A DNA stretch of 64,000 nucleotides from assembly GCA_032718475.1 (NCBI GenBank), contig JAUCBJ010006218.1, positions 126,836 to 190,835 of the forward strand. The letters are read 5' to 3'. The stretch's first letter is position 1. Each line of letters opens with the position of its first letter. The DNA comes from Nemertoderma westbladi. Lineage: Eukaryota > Animalia > Xenacoelomorpha. The notes beneath the pieces were generated by a model. That model did no database searches. It saw only the letters and a list, made by a program, of their open reading frames with translations, and was not told the origin of the DNA. A program made the translations under genes and the position numbers. Shown one piece after another: positions 1 to 10,426 of the stretch.

Positions 1-1795
1 AGTGCGGAAGGCGTCCCAGACAGTGCGGGATGGCCTGGAAGGCGTCCCGCATGGCGTGGGAGGAGGCACCCCGGATGGCGCGGGAGGCGTACCGGTTGGC
101 CTGGGAGGCGTACCGGTTGGCCTGGGAGGCGTACCGCATGGCGTGGGAGGAGGCACCCTGGACGGCACAGGGGCATCCCGGATGGTGTTGGAGACACCCC
201 GGACGGTGATGGAAGCGTCCCGGATGGCGTGGGAGGCGTCCCGTCCCGGATGGCATGGGAGGCGTCCCGTCCCGGATGGCATGGAAGACGTCCCGAATGG
301 CATGGGAGGCGTCCCGGATGACGTCCCATTGTGGTTTAGAACATCTCGAATATATTTAATATTATTATCGAAGTAGTTTACAAATCTGTTAGCTAATTCC
401 AATTCAGAATTATGTCTCGGTAATATAACCTTATTTCCTCGGTGTAAAACTTTATTGACAACTTTAAATAGTGTTTTTAGGTCCTCTGAATTGTTCTTGA
501 TTATCCCACTATAATATTGTTCCTTAGCCGTTGAGATGGCCGCCGCTACCTTGTAAGATTGGTTTCTGTATTCCAAGAGATCAACATGCAGTTTCGTTGT
601 CCAATATTTGCGCTCCAATCGGCGTCTAGTTCTCTTCTCATTGGCTATTGACTCGGTATACCATGGTGCCATTGGACGCTCAATTACTGTCTTCGTTACC
701 AATAGTGCATGTCTATCCAATAGTGATAATAGTGTTTTTTCGTAGAGTTCTACCAGTTGGTCAATGTCATGCGGTAGTGGGTTTACACATAATGCTGATG
801 TTTCGATGTCTGAAATGAAGTTGCCCATGTCTATACTTGCAGATTCCTTATTTGTTGAATCGTCCACCCAGAAGTTAAAATCTCCCATAATAATTAATTT
901 CCCTGTTGCCACCATAAGTTGTTGCAGTAGATCACTAAATTCCTCAAGGAACATCGATGTATTCAGTTTGTTTCCTGTTGACGGATAAGATTCGAAAGAT
1001 CGATATGTAGCTCGTACGATCTTGAATGGTTCCATATCCAAACTGCCCTTGTAAGCGCAGCCAACTCCACCACCTGATGTCCATGTTCTGGGTTCATATG
1101 CGAATTTAAATCCAGCAGGGCACGTTTCCTCCATGACAGAGTCATCCTCATCCTTGCCTGTCAGCCATGTCTCCGTAAGAGCAAGTATGTCAATATTCAA
1201 GTCGACCATATAATCCTTAATTATTGCAGCCTTATTATTTATCGATCGCGCATTGAATAGTCCAATGCAAAACTTATGTTTGCTTCCAATATTTGAGAAC
1301 GTAGGAGAATGCTGTAACCCTGCAGGTGTCGAAGTAGACCGACCCACAACCCTCGGAGCTGGAGGGGACCAACCTACAACCCCCAGACCCGGAGGAGACC
1401 GATCTGCAACCCTCAGAGCCGGAGGAGACCGACCCACAACCCTCAGTCCCAGAGGAGACCGACCCGCAACCCTAGGGGATGGAGAAGACCGACCCGCAAC
1501 CCTCGGAGCTGGAGGAGACCAACCCGCAACCCTCAGATCCGGAGGAGACCGACCCACAACCCTTGGAGCCAGAGGAGACCGGCCCACAACCCTCAGAGCT
1601 GGAGGAGTCTGACCCGCAACCCTCAGAGCTGGAGGAGACCAGCCCGCAACCCTCAGAGCTGGAGGAGACCAACCCGCAACCCTCTGAGCTAGAGGAGACC
1701 GGCCCGCAACCATCGGAGCCAGAGGAGACCGACCCGCAACCCTCAGAGTTTGAATAAGATTGGAGCACGTCAGTTCTGGGCATTTAGGCAATAGT
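1..1795 (-). pseudogene. CR1/L2-type LINE ORF2, N-terminal part (APE endonuclease + linker), running off the window start
   Basis: Manual minus-strand translation is open from ~1795 to base 1. It reads FCIGLFNARSINNK..DILALTETWL..SGGGVG..LIIMGDFNFWVD..APWYTESI..RRRLERKYW..KTLFKVVNKVL..LANRFVNYF, typical APE-EN and post-EN motifs. The YRPP strand and the LD/SDH region are missing. Confidence 0.85.
1338..1750. repeat. 30-bp minisatellite (~14 units, GACCCGCAACCCTCAGAGCTGGAGGAGACC) inside the LINE
   Basis: Directly visible periodicity; explains ORFs 1253-1612, 1472-1783 and 1479-1757. Confidence 0.95.
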
Positions 1796-1816
1796 CAGTC
1801 CACCCACCTTGATTCA

Positions 1817-2403
1817 TCAATTACAATTAATGATTTGTTCAGGCAACCCTTTGATCTCATTCTGAGTATTGGCACTTGTCGACTGACGTTGATGGGTGCC
1901 ACGCGTGTTGGGGTGGTTTACAGTCACCGAGTCTACTACAGCACCGTTGTGGATAATCCAGCCTATATTCGGATCCGCTGCAGCCATGGAGCGCCGTTCC
2001 TGTCGGAGAGAATATTGAAGTTTGCTTTCCGCTGGTGTGTAGTCGGGAGATATATATATATCTCTGTAACGTGATGACTTGAGCAGATTGCGAGCCCTCT
2101 TCAACAATACAATATCTCGCGCTTCTCTTTAGAAAGAGTGACAATGATTGTTTGTGTATTTTGATTATCTCGCAGCTGCCCGACTCGTTTAGTTTTAATC
2201 TCTGATTAGCTCGTTCGACTCCCAATTCGTCAGCTATATCTAACACTACCTGTTTGTCATTGGCGCTTGGCTTGGTACCTTTGAGAACGATGTTAGTTTT
2301 TTGTCTGCTCTGTTCCGCCTCTTCATTTTTTATTTGTTTTGAGAGAAGAGCTAGATTTGGCGAGATTGAAGCGATCTCATTTCGTTTATTACGACGTGGT
2401 GGC
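1817..2403 (-). pseudogene. LINE ORF1, C-terminal half (RRM-like/CTD), frameshifted
   Basis: RQKTNIVLKG and YRDIYISPDYTPAESKLQYSLRQERR are CR1/L2 ORF1-like motifs, split across ORFs 1857-2420 and 1817-2107; lies directly upstream of ORF2. Confidence 0.8.
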
Positions 2404-2901
2404 AGTAGTAGGAGAAACATAGTCCGGAGCGTACTCCTCCCTAAGCCTAGGCTACGGGCTGCATCTCGGAGGGCTATTAAAAAGGTGCTAAATCGCGATG
2501 TTTAATGACAATCTGTCACCATCAATATTGATTCGCGTCGTTGCCTTCAACCAATCGTTGCTTATCACCTACGCATAGCCTAACCTCACGATGCCTGCCT
2601 TACTCGACAACTGTTACCACCCGTGAGTATTGATTCGCGTTGTTGCATCAACCAACCATCGCATATTCATCTTCGCGTAACCTAACTTCACGATGCATGG
2701 CTAGCCCCCACTACGCTATTATATTATATATCGATTGCCAACTCACCACCACCGCTAGCCACAGCTACTCCTCGACGGCTGTCACCAAACCAATCAATCC
2801 AACCAACCAAGCGGCCTACCAGTAGTCCAACGCTATTATGATACGTGTTGAAATTCCGCCACGTTCCATCTACACGTATACGAACAACATTTCCATAGTT
2901 A
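2404..2901 (+). repeat. Polinton left terminal inverted repeat (~500 bp)
   Basis: Reverse complement of 27791-28285 with few mismatches; begins AGTAGTAG. Confidence 0.97.
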
Positions 2902-3426
2902 CTCAACCTAAGCTAACCGATCCCGCAGCATCTGTGCCATATTGAAAGGCTTCCATCGCTAACATTATACTGTGCGTTTTTTATTATAATAATTATTGAT
3001 TATTACACACACGCACACACACACACACACACACACAACCCTATGATTCATATTCTTTCACGTATTTCCTATCCACGCAATCAACCAACCAGCTATTCAT
3101 CCACGTTGCTCCCCATCTCTTTTCTTATTCGTTGATGATTATGACACGTACCATCTCTTCTTCGTTGACTATGCCACATCGCAAATTTTTATATATATAA
3201 GTGAATGTTTTTAATAAAATTCATCACTTGTAATCTTCATGGTAATATATTGATACCATATCTAATTTTTTTTGTTCTCACTCTGACATTGTGTTTTTTT
3301 TTTTTCCTTAATAATTTATACATTATCTTACTCGTTGTATATTCGTTGGTCGGAAAACGACACCGCATAAAATGATACTGATTCCAGCATTGGGTATCGA
3401 CCTAAAAACGAAAATCTGAGCTACTA

Positions 3427-3498
3427 TTTAAACTATTTAACAAATCTTGATACTGCTTAATTTCACCGTCACTATCAAGATTTGTTAAATAGTTTAAA
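3427..3498. other. Perfect 26-bp inverted repeat with 20-nt loop
   Basis: TTTAAACTATTTAACAAATCTTGATA (3427-3452) / TATCAAGATTTGTTAAATAGTTTAAA (3473-3498). Confidence 0.95.
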
Positions 3499-3595
3499 AC
3501 ACAATTTTAGAGTGAGAACTATGGTGTCAATTTATTACAGCGATACGGTTTAAAATTTATCACTTGTAATATTTTTCGTATTTATTATTATTATC

Positions 3596-4660
3596 ATGGC
3601 CTTAACGCAAAAAACCGGAGCAACAAATAGCTGGAAATTTACTTACAATAAATATACTTGTACCGTCGTTCACAGCAAGTATTTTATTGTGGAATCTCAG
3701 GAGGACAACGAATCAATTTGTTTTTCCCATCAAGATACCCGCTATTTGTTAGACATTCTAGAAACAACTAACAACAACCAACATCAATCCAGACCAGCAA
3801 TTATACCAGGTAGGATATATCCCACTCTTCGTTTTGCGTGGGGAAATTTGAATATTTCCATCAACCCCACATCGGGTGATGTTTACGTTCAGAAACAAGG
3901 CAAATGTAAAGTTCTCAACAAAGCTTTTACTGAAGTTCTAATTCAATACAGAGGGAAATTATTGCAATTTCTCTCTCCACCGCTAGAGATTATTAGCGAT
4001 CAATTCTACATTGAATTATCAAATCCAGAGTTTATTGGATTTGTAACAGCTTTTAAAGGAACCAACTATGTTGGCTTATGGAAAATCAGCCTCAGATACA
4101 CTGATAGTGTTGGTTTTAACTATTATACAGGTTTCAATTTGTCAAAACAGGAACTATCTGTTTTGTTGCGAGAGTGGGACAACCAAGTCGATGAAACAGA
4201 CAAACATCTTTTTGATAAAAATATCATTCAATTATCAGACCGTCTCAAAATGATTAAAACCAATAATAAAAAAATTATTATCACCAACACCGATAATTCT
4301 ACTGAAGTAGGTGCCGGCGGAAATTCTATCGAGTTGCATTACTTGAATGATAAAGCCCATATTAGTTTTCTCAAAGAATCGATGGAGGGCGTTTCTCTTA
4401 CTGAAGCCCATATTGACGGTTTTGTCCTTTTGGATAAACCTAAAGCGTTCGTAGAGATCCCATCACCTAATCCAGATGTTGAAGAGAGTTGCTCTCAACC
4501 ACAACAGGTCTTTCCTGAAATATTACCTCGGAAGCCAAGATCATCGAGTAAATTTACCAACGCATCACCTGCAAAGAAACAGAAAGTTGTCAGTAACCCA
4601 GTTCTAGTAGAACCTGTTACTAATTCTCCATGGAAACCAGATTATTATCCTAACATGTAA
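3596..4660 (+). CDS. Polinton protein, 354 aa, with a possible PC4-like ssDNA-binding domain and basic NLS-like C-terminus
   Basis: Long intact ORF. FVTAFKGTNYVGLWK...GFNLSKQELSVL resembles PC4 (VRDFKGKVLIDIRE...GISLNPEQWSQL); PAKKQKV is NLS-like. Domain call is by eye. Confidence 0.6.
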   Translation: MALTQKTGATNSWKFTYNKYTCTVVHSKYFIVESQEDNESICFSHQDTRYLLDILETTNNNQHQSRPAIIPGRIYPTLRFAWGNLNISINPTSGDVYVQKQGKCKVLNKAFTEVLIQYRGKLLQFLSPPLEIISDQFYIELSNPEFIGFVTAFKGTNYVGLWKISLRYTDSVGFNYYTGFNLSKQELSVLLREWDNQVDETDKHLFDKNIIQLSDRLKMIKTNNKKIIITNTDNSTEVGAGGNSIELHYLNDKAHISFLKESMEGVSLTEAHIDGFVLLDKPKAFVEIPSPNPDVEESCSQPQQVFPEILPRKPRSSSKFTNASPAKKQKVVSNPVLVEPVTNSPWKPDYYPNM

Positions 4661-4689
4661 GCCTAATCATAAGTCAAACTCTTTGCGGT

Positions 4690-4785
4690 TTCCAATAGTC
4701 ATAAGCGATCGGTGATTGGTTTAAAATTATTTCCCTCACTAGCATATAAATGTTTAGATGTAGTCAATAACATTTCATTTCATTT
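4690..4785 (+). promoter_or_regulatory. Putative Pol II promoter of pPolB (CCAAT, ATTGG, TATAAA, TCATT initiator)
   Basis: CCAAT ~4692, ATTGG ~4715, TATAAA 4745-4750, TCATTT ~30 nt downstream of the TATA. Confidence 0.45.
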
Positions 4786-4849
4786 TATTTTAATCTTTGG
4801 AGATATTTTATTATTATTATTATTATTATTTATCTAAACAAACTTCAAC

Positions 4850-7800
4850 ATGGATAAAATAACAATATGTTGTTCATTCTGTCATATGAATGTAACTAGA
4901 CATAATTATTTACGCCACCTACGGTCACATTTTGAAAGTTATTCTTGTTTAAAGTGTCATGTCGTGACTTCATGCAGCGAAATTTGTAAACGACATGAAA
5001 CAATTACTGGTTGTAAAGAAATGGAGTTCCGCACCTATCAATTGACTTGTTCTACCTGTAATAAAGAGTATACATATGACAATTATTTACGACACGATTG
5101 TCACTTGAAATGTTACTACACAAGAAAGCGTAAATCTCCGCAACGTAAAAATATATTATCTAGAAAAAACTTAAGGGTGGCTCTTGGTACATGCGCAACA
5201 ATTTTTACGCGGGAACAAGAAGCTCACGATAATCGTCTTGAAATTTATGTCCACGACCTCCCAACTTCTAGAGATTATCCTGATGTAGAAACAGCAGTAA
5301 CGCAAATTCGAGGTAATATTCTTCAGTTAATATTAGATAGATTGAAAGAAATGAATGTTCTTAGACTGTGGTTAGGTCTAAATGTATTAATGTACAGGTC
5401 ACATTTTTCAGAAGGTGAGCAATTGGAAACCTTTTATTTTAATTCTTCCGGTGGTGCTATTAATACTGTAGATTCGCCGCAAAGTTTTGACACATGGTTT
5501 GAGTATGTTCTGGAAAATATATTACAAAAAATAGCCATCTTTAACACACGTGGTTCGGGGTGGCGTATTAAATCTTTATTAAGGGTTGAAATTAAATTAG
5601 CGGAATCTAAGTGTAGGTCGTTACTATATAAGGGGCATGGGTATATGGAATTACCTAAGGCTCTATCAGGTAAACAGTGTGTTATAAATGTACAATCGGC
5701 TGATAATGACTGTTTTAAATGGGCAATTATATCCGCAAAATTTAGTAGCAAAGTGAAAAACAACAAACAGCGTACTTCATCGTACAAAAATTATATGACT
5801 CATTTCATTTTTGACAACGGGAACAAAGATTATCCAACAGAGTGGCAGTTAGCAATTAAACTTTTTGAAAAACAAAATTCAAAATATATAATTAATTTAC
5901 TATGTTGGAATAACGACAATAAACGCACCCCTGTATCTATATTAAGACAACCTCCATTTAGTAAAATTACACCTGATAAACAGTTATTAAATATATTACT
6001 TGTAGTAAAAAATAACAATGTACCTAAACTGAATCATTATGTTTGCATAACTAACTTGAATCGATTGCTGAATACGAGAGCTCTTCATACCCAAGGTAGG
6101 CAATATTGTGAAAGGTGTTTGACACATTTTTTTCGAGCGGAAGTTCTTCATCGACACCGTCTTGCCTGCTACCAAGGAAGAAGTCAGCGCGAGAAACTAC
6201 CTAATAAAAAAAGAACACACATTAGTTTTACAAATTTAGATAGAACCTTAGCCCCATTGTTTGTCACCTACTTTGATATAGAATGTATCTTACAACCGTC
6301 AGTTAATAATCAAATTATACAGGAGCATATACCGTGTGCTGTGAGTTATTTAATTGTTCCCAATACTGAATTAATTGATGCTCCAAAATGTCATTTGAAA
6401 ACATTCGTAAAGTCAAATAATAATAATTGTATTCAAGATTTCTTAGATTCATTATATACTGATTTAACTGAATTATGTTGTTGGTCAGAAATATACACTC
6501 ATAAAACTATGTCATTTACTAATATTGATTTTGTAAATTTTGAACAAGCAAAATTTTGTTTTTATTGTAATGTTACTTTAAATAATAATGTAGGGAAAAA
6601 CAGACACCATTCACATATTACAGGTAAATATATTGCGGCAGCCTGTAATAGTTGTAACCGAAGTTTATCATTGAAACGATACCTGTATGTACTTTGCGGA
6701 CACAATTCCAACAACTACGATATACATTGTATATTACAAAGCGGATTTAGAGATAAGAAATACACAGATTGGGATATAAAGGTTATACCGAGAAATACAG
6801 AGCGATATATTTCACTGAGTGCCTTTATCCCAATTAAAAACACTTCTAAGAAAATTGAGTTACGTTTTTTAGACACATATCAATTTTTAAGCTTTTCTTT
6901 AAGTAATTTAGTTGAGTGTTCAACAAAGGATGTAGCCAGTCATGATATAAGCTCAATTTTACCTATTACTCTACAAGAAATGAAATATTTTTATCCAAAC
7001 TTGAATAACTCAACGATTAAACGGAAAGGAGTATTTCCATACGAGTACTTGACAGATATTAATAAATTTAATGATACTGGTTTACCGTCTATAAATAATT
7101 TTTTTAGTAACTTAAGTCAAAAAACATGCACAATTGAAGATTATAGGTTTGCGGGAATATCATGGGTTGAATTCGACTGTGTGAATCTTAAAGATTATCT
7201 TTTAGCCTATTTAAAACTCGATGTTTGTTTGCTTGCCGATATATTTGAGAATTTTAGGAATGTTTGTAAACAAAATTACGATTTAGAAGCGGTTTTTTAC
7301 TGTAGTATCGGATCATTTACCTATGATTGCGCACTAAAATATAATAAATGTAAAATAGAATTAATAAAGGATTATCAGACATATAGAGATTTTGAAAAAT
7401 CAATTAGGGGTGGTGTTTCATTTTGTCGAAAACATTATATAGAATCAAATATACCAGGTACAAGTACATATGATTCTACTAAGGAAGAATGCCATATTTT
7501 TAATATTGATTTCAACTCTTTATATTCTGGGAATTTAAGTAAAAAACTACCCACCTCACAATTCAAAGAAGTAAGTATTAAACATTTAGAGAATGCAATT
7601 CCAGAAAAACTAATCGAGTACTTGGTAGATTTAGACATTGATGGATCTACTGGATATTTTTTAATATGTGATTTAAATTATCCCAAGGCTATTCACGATC
7701 AAACATTACAATTACCGTTAGCCCCCGAGCATTTAAGTATAAATGAATCAATGCTTTCACCTTATATGCGGGAACAATTCAATAACTTGTCAATACAAAG

Positions 7801-8908
7801 AGGTACCACCCGTAAATATAGAATGTCTATACCAAAACTCATGCTGACACAATTTGATAAAGAGTTTTATCATTTACATTTGAAACTGTTAAAATTTTAT
7901 ATAAAACATGGATTAATTGTTACTAAACTACATAAATTATATTCTTTTCAACAAGAATTTGTATTTAAAAATTACATCGATTTTAATATTAATCAAAGGC
8001 GACTGGCAAAAAGTTACATTGAAACTGCTGTCGCGAAATTGCTCAATAATTCACTGTTTGGCAAATCAATAGAAAAGATAAGAGATCGATGTAACTTTCG
8101 TATCGCAAATAGCAATGATAAATGCGATCAATTGGTAAATCGTATTAATCATGAACAATTTATAATATACAATAATACATTATCGGGACATTTATTAGTG
8201 AAAGACTCTGTAACTCTCGATAAGCCTATATTTATTGGTAGCACTGTGTTGGACTTGGCTAAATTGGATATGTATGATCTGTATTACAATAAATTGCTAC
8301 CTATTGAGAAAGAATTAAACTGTCGTATTGAAATTGCTGCATCAGACACTGACTCTTTGATAGGTTGTTACTATAATACATCTCAGAATAATTTTTTTAA
8401 AGCATTAATTAAAAATAATATTTTAGATACATCCAATTACCCTAAGGATCACCCGCTCTACAGTGATAAAAATAAATCTAGACTCTATTACTGTAAAGAC
8501 GAACTAGCCTCACGTGAAATTAAACAAGCAGTATTTTTAAGACCAAAATTATATTCAATTTTGGAATGGAATAATAAAAATATTCGTAGAGCAAAAGGTA
8601 TTACAAGAGCTGTTGTGGAAACGAATATTACACATGAAGAATATTTAAAAGCATATAACTCAAATGAAGAAATAAAAAAAAACATACACAGATTTCAATC
8701 TAAATTACATCGTATTTATACCTTAAAGCAAAATAAATTTGCGCTCAGTAGCTTTGATGATAAACTTTATTGGCTTAATAAAAATCAATCGCTTCCTTTG
8801 GGGCACTATAAAACAAACCTCAAAAAACCTATAAAAATATCAAATATACCAATTTATGAAGAACCAAAAGACGACAGTGTTGATGATGAATTATCAAATA
8901 GTAAATAA
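4850..8908 (+). CDS. pPolB: Protein-primed family B DNA polymerase (N-terminal Zn fingers, vOTU-like domain, inserted endonuclease-VII/HNH-like module)
   Basis: ExoI YFDIEC, ExoII GHNSNNYD, ExoIII YLKLDV; polymerase motifs DFNSLY, KLLNNSLFGK, SDTDS; RKGVFPYEY; DNDCFKWAI...HYVCI (vOTU-like); CFYC...HSHITGKY..ACNSCN. Confidence 0.97.
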   Translation: MDKITICCSFCHMNVTRHNYLRHLRSHFESYSCLKCHVVTSCSEICKRHETITGCKEMEFRTYQLTCSTCNKEYTYDNYLRHDCHLKCYYTRKRKSPQRKNILSRKNLRVALGTCATIFTREQEAHDNRLEIYVHDLPTSRDYPDVETAVTQIRGNILQLILDRLKEMNVLRLWLGLNVLMYRSHFSEGEQLETFYFNSSGGAINTVDSPQSFDTWFEYVLENILQKIAIFNTRGSGWRIKSLLRVEIKLAESKCRSLLYKGHGYMELPKALSGKQCVINVQSADNDCFKWAIISAKFSSKVKNNKQRTSSYKNYMTHFIFDNGNKDYPTEWQLAIKLFEKQNSKYIINLLCWNNDNKRTPVSILRQPPFSKITPDKQLLNILLVVKNNNVPKLNHYVCITNLNRLLNTRALHTQGRQYCERCLTHFFRAEVLHRHRLACYQGRSQREKLPNKKRTHISFTNLDRTLAPLFVTYFDIECILQPSVNNQIIQEHIPCAVSYLIVPNTELIDAPKCHLKTFVKSNNNNCIQDFLDSLYTDLTELCCWSEIYTHKTMSFTNIDFVNFEQAKFCFYCNVTLNNNVGKNRHHSHITGKYIAAACNSCNRSLSLKRYLYVLCGHNSNNYDIHCILQSGFRDKKYTDWDIKVIPRNTERYISLSAFIPIKNTSKKIELRFLDTYQFLSFSLSNLVECSTKDVASHDISSILPITLQEMKYFYPNLNNSTIKRKGVFPYEYLTDINKFNDTGLPSINNFFSNLSQKTCTIEDYRFAGISWVEFDCVNLKDYLLAYLKLDVCLLADIFENFRNVCKQNYDLEAVFYCSIGSFTYDCALKYNKCKIELIKDYQTYRDFEKSIRGGVSFCRKHYIESNIPGTSTYDSTKEECHIFNIDFNSLYSGNLSKKLPTSQFKEVSIKHLENAIPEKLIEYLVDLDIDGSTGYFLICDLNYPKAIHDQTLQLPLAPEHLSINESMLSPYMREQFNNLSIQRGTTRKYRMSIPKLMLTQFDKEFYHLHLKLLKFYIKHGLIVTKLHKLYSFQQEFVFKNYIDFNINQRRLAKSYIETAVAKLLNNSLFGKSIEKIRDRCNFRIANSNDKCDQLVNRINHEQFIIYNNTLSGHLLVKDSVTLDKPIFIGSTVLDLAKLDMYDLYYNKLLPIEKELNCRIEIAASDTDSLIGCYYNTSQNNFFKALIKNNILDTSNYPKDHPLYSDKNKSRLYYCKDELASREIKQAVFLRPKLYSILEWNNKNIRRAKGITRAVVETNITHEEYLKAYNSNEEIKKNIHRFQSKLHRIYTLKQNKFALSSFDDKLYWLNKNQSLPLGHYKTNLKKPIKISNIPIYEEPKDDSVDDELSNSK

Positions 8909-9437
8909 AAATATAAGTTGTAAGCAGATTATTTATGGACTTAATTTGAAAGAATTAAAAAAGCAATTGAATGGTAAAATTGTACTCAAACCTAATCAGT
9001 TTATATATAAGGTATTTGGTGCAACCATATTAATGTTTACAAATGGACGAATAACAATTCTCGGTAGAAAATATAATTTTAATAAAGTGAAAAAACATAT
9101 ATTAGAAAAAACAAACATTAATTTGATTTTTAAATCAATCAATTTGTGTACTTATATTTTTAGTATCGATACTGTAATTTATAGGTTACTTATAAATAAT
9201 ATTGGGTTTTATGTTATATTTGATAATGTTAAACTAGAAATTTCATACGACCCTGAAATATTCAATAACTGTAAAGTCAGAATAAATAATATTGTTGTTG
9301 TTTGCTGTTTCTACACTGGTAAATGTACATTAATGTGTTCCCCGTTTAAATTTCATATATATTATCCTATTTTCAACAAGCTGGTTAATAATTTATTATT
9401 GTTTGGTGTGGGGGTTTTTGATGTAAAATATAATTAG
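8856..9437 (+). CDS. TATA-box-binding protein (TBP)-like protein, 193 aa
   Basis: Two TBP-like repeats: LNLKEL...ATILMFTNGRITILGRK (cf. LDLKTI...TALIFSSGKMVCTGAK) and SYDPEIF...VVCCFYTGKCTL (cf. SYEPELF...LLIFVSGKVVL). Overlaps the pPolB 3' end. Confidence 0.75.
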   Translation: MKNQKTTVLMMNYQIVNKNISCKQIIYGLNLKELKKQLNGKIVLKPNQFIYKVFGATILMFTNGRITILGRKYNFNKVKKHILEKTNINLIFKSINLCTYIFSIDTVIYRLLINNIGFYVIFDNVKLEISYDPEIFNNCKVRINNIVVVCCFYTGKCTLMCSPFKFHIYYPIFNKLVNNLLLFGVGVFDVKYN

Positions 9438-10426
9438 TACAGGTACGAGTGAAATTTTTTGTTGTTGTTACTGTTTGGTGGTGGTGGAGATTTTTACTGT
9501 AAAATATATATATTAAATTGAAGGGAGAAGAAATTTATGAATATTTTTTTTTAAAATCAACAACTAGTTTGAGGAGGGAAATTAACTTCAGTAGAGCGAT
9601 TGTTTCTTGTAACACTCAAGTAGGCATAGTATACTCAGCAGCCGCGGCTAGCTAACTTGGCATTGTTGCTCACGAGTGAGCCACAATAGCGCATCTGTTA
9701 CTTATGAGTGTGCGTGTGTACAGCAGGCAACGCTAAGATTAAGGATATGTGCTGGTATTCATAGTCAAAGACGATGCCATCCTATCTGTTACTAGTCTGT
9801 ATACCGGTACATATCATTAAAACATCCGCTATGCATCTCCCTACATTCAGAATAGAACAACGATCAGAGCATATATCGCTAATCCGCATGGGAAAGGTTT
9901 ATGTTATGCATTTTGTTAACTATGAGAATTTTGTAATGTACACATCTGCGACCCTCTACAAAAATATATATAAACTCAATTTTTCTGACAGTGAACTATA
10001 ATTTTGTTAAACAAAAGGAGAAAAAAATATCAGTAGGCCTACCTATTCAATTTAAAGATACTCTTTCCGGTGCCTAGTTACTACGACAACGATAACTTAC
10101 CTCAATACGAACATGACATTCGCCTTTTTCAATAACCGTGAGTTGACGAGTTATATCAAAATCGAATTGCAATCAAGCGACGAAACATATCTCACAGCAT
10201 CCAATATTGCTGAGATGGAGTTGCGATATATAAACAAAAAATTTGAGATCGGGTTTACTTCGATGGAATATGGAGTAGGTCAAGTAGGTGGTCTACATTT
10301 ATCGCCTACAACGCTTGAAATTTCAAAAGATTTCTCGCTTGTTATAAAAATACAACCATCGCGAATATCGGGAAGCTCACCCTCTTGCGAAAATTGGGAG
10401 AATGATGTTGATGACTCGCTTCACTT

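Noticed and set aside
2640-2906. Small ORFs in the TIRs, mirrored at 27720-28049
   Set aside because: Products of the inverted repeat itself; no coding signature.
3239-3540. ATG|GT...TTACAG intron extending the 354-aa ORF
   Set aside because: The spliced product is out of frame with the ATG at 3596; at most a UTR intron.
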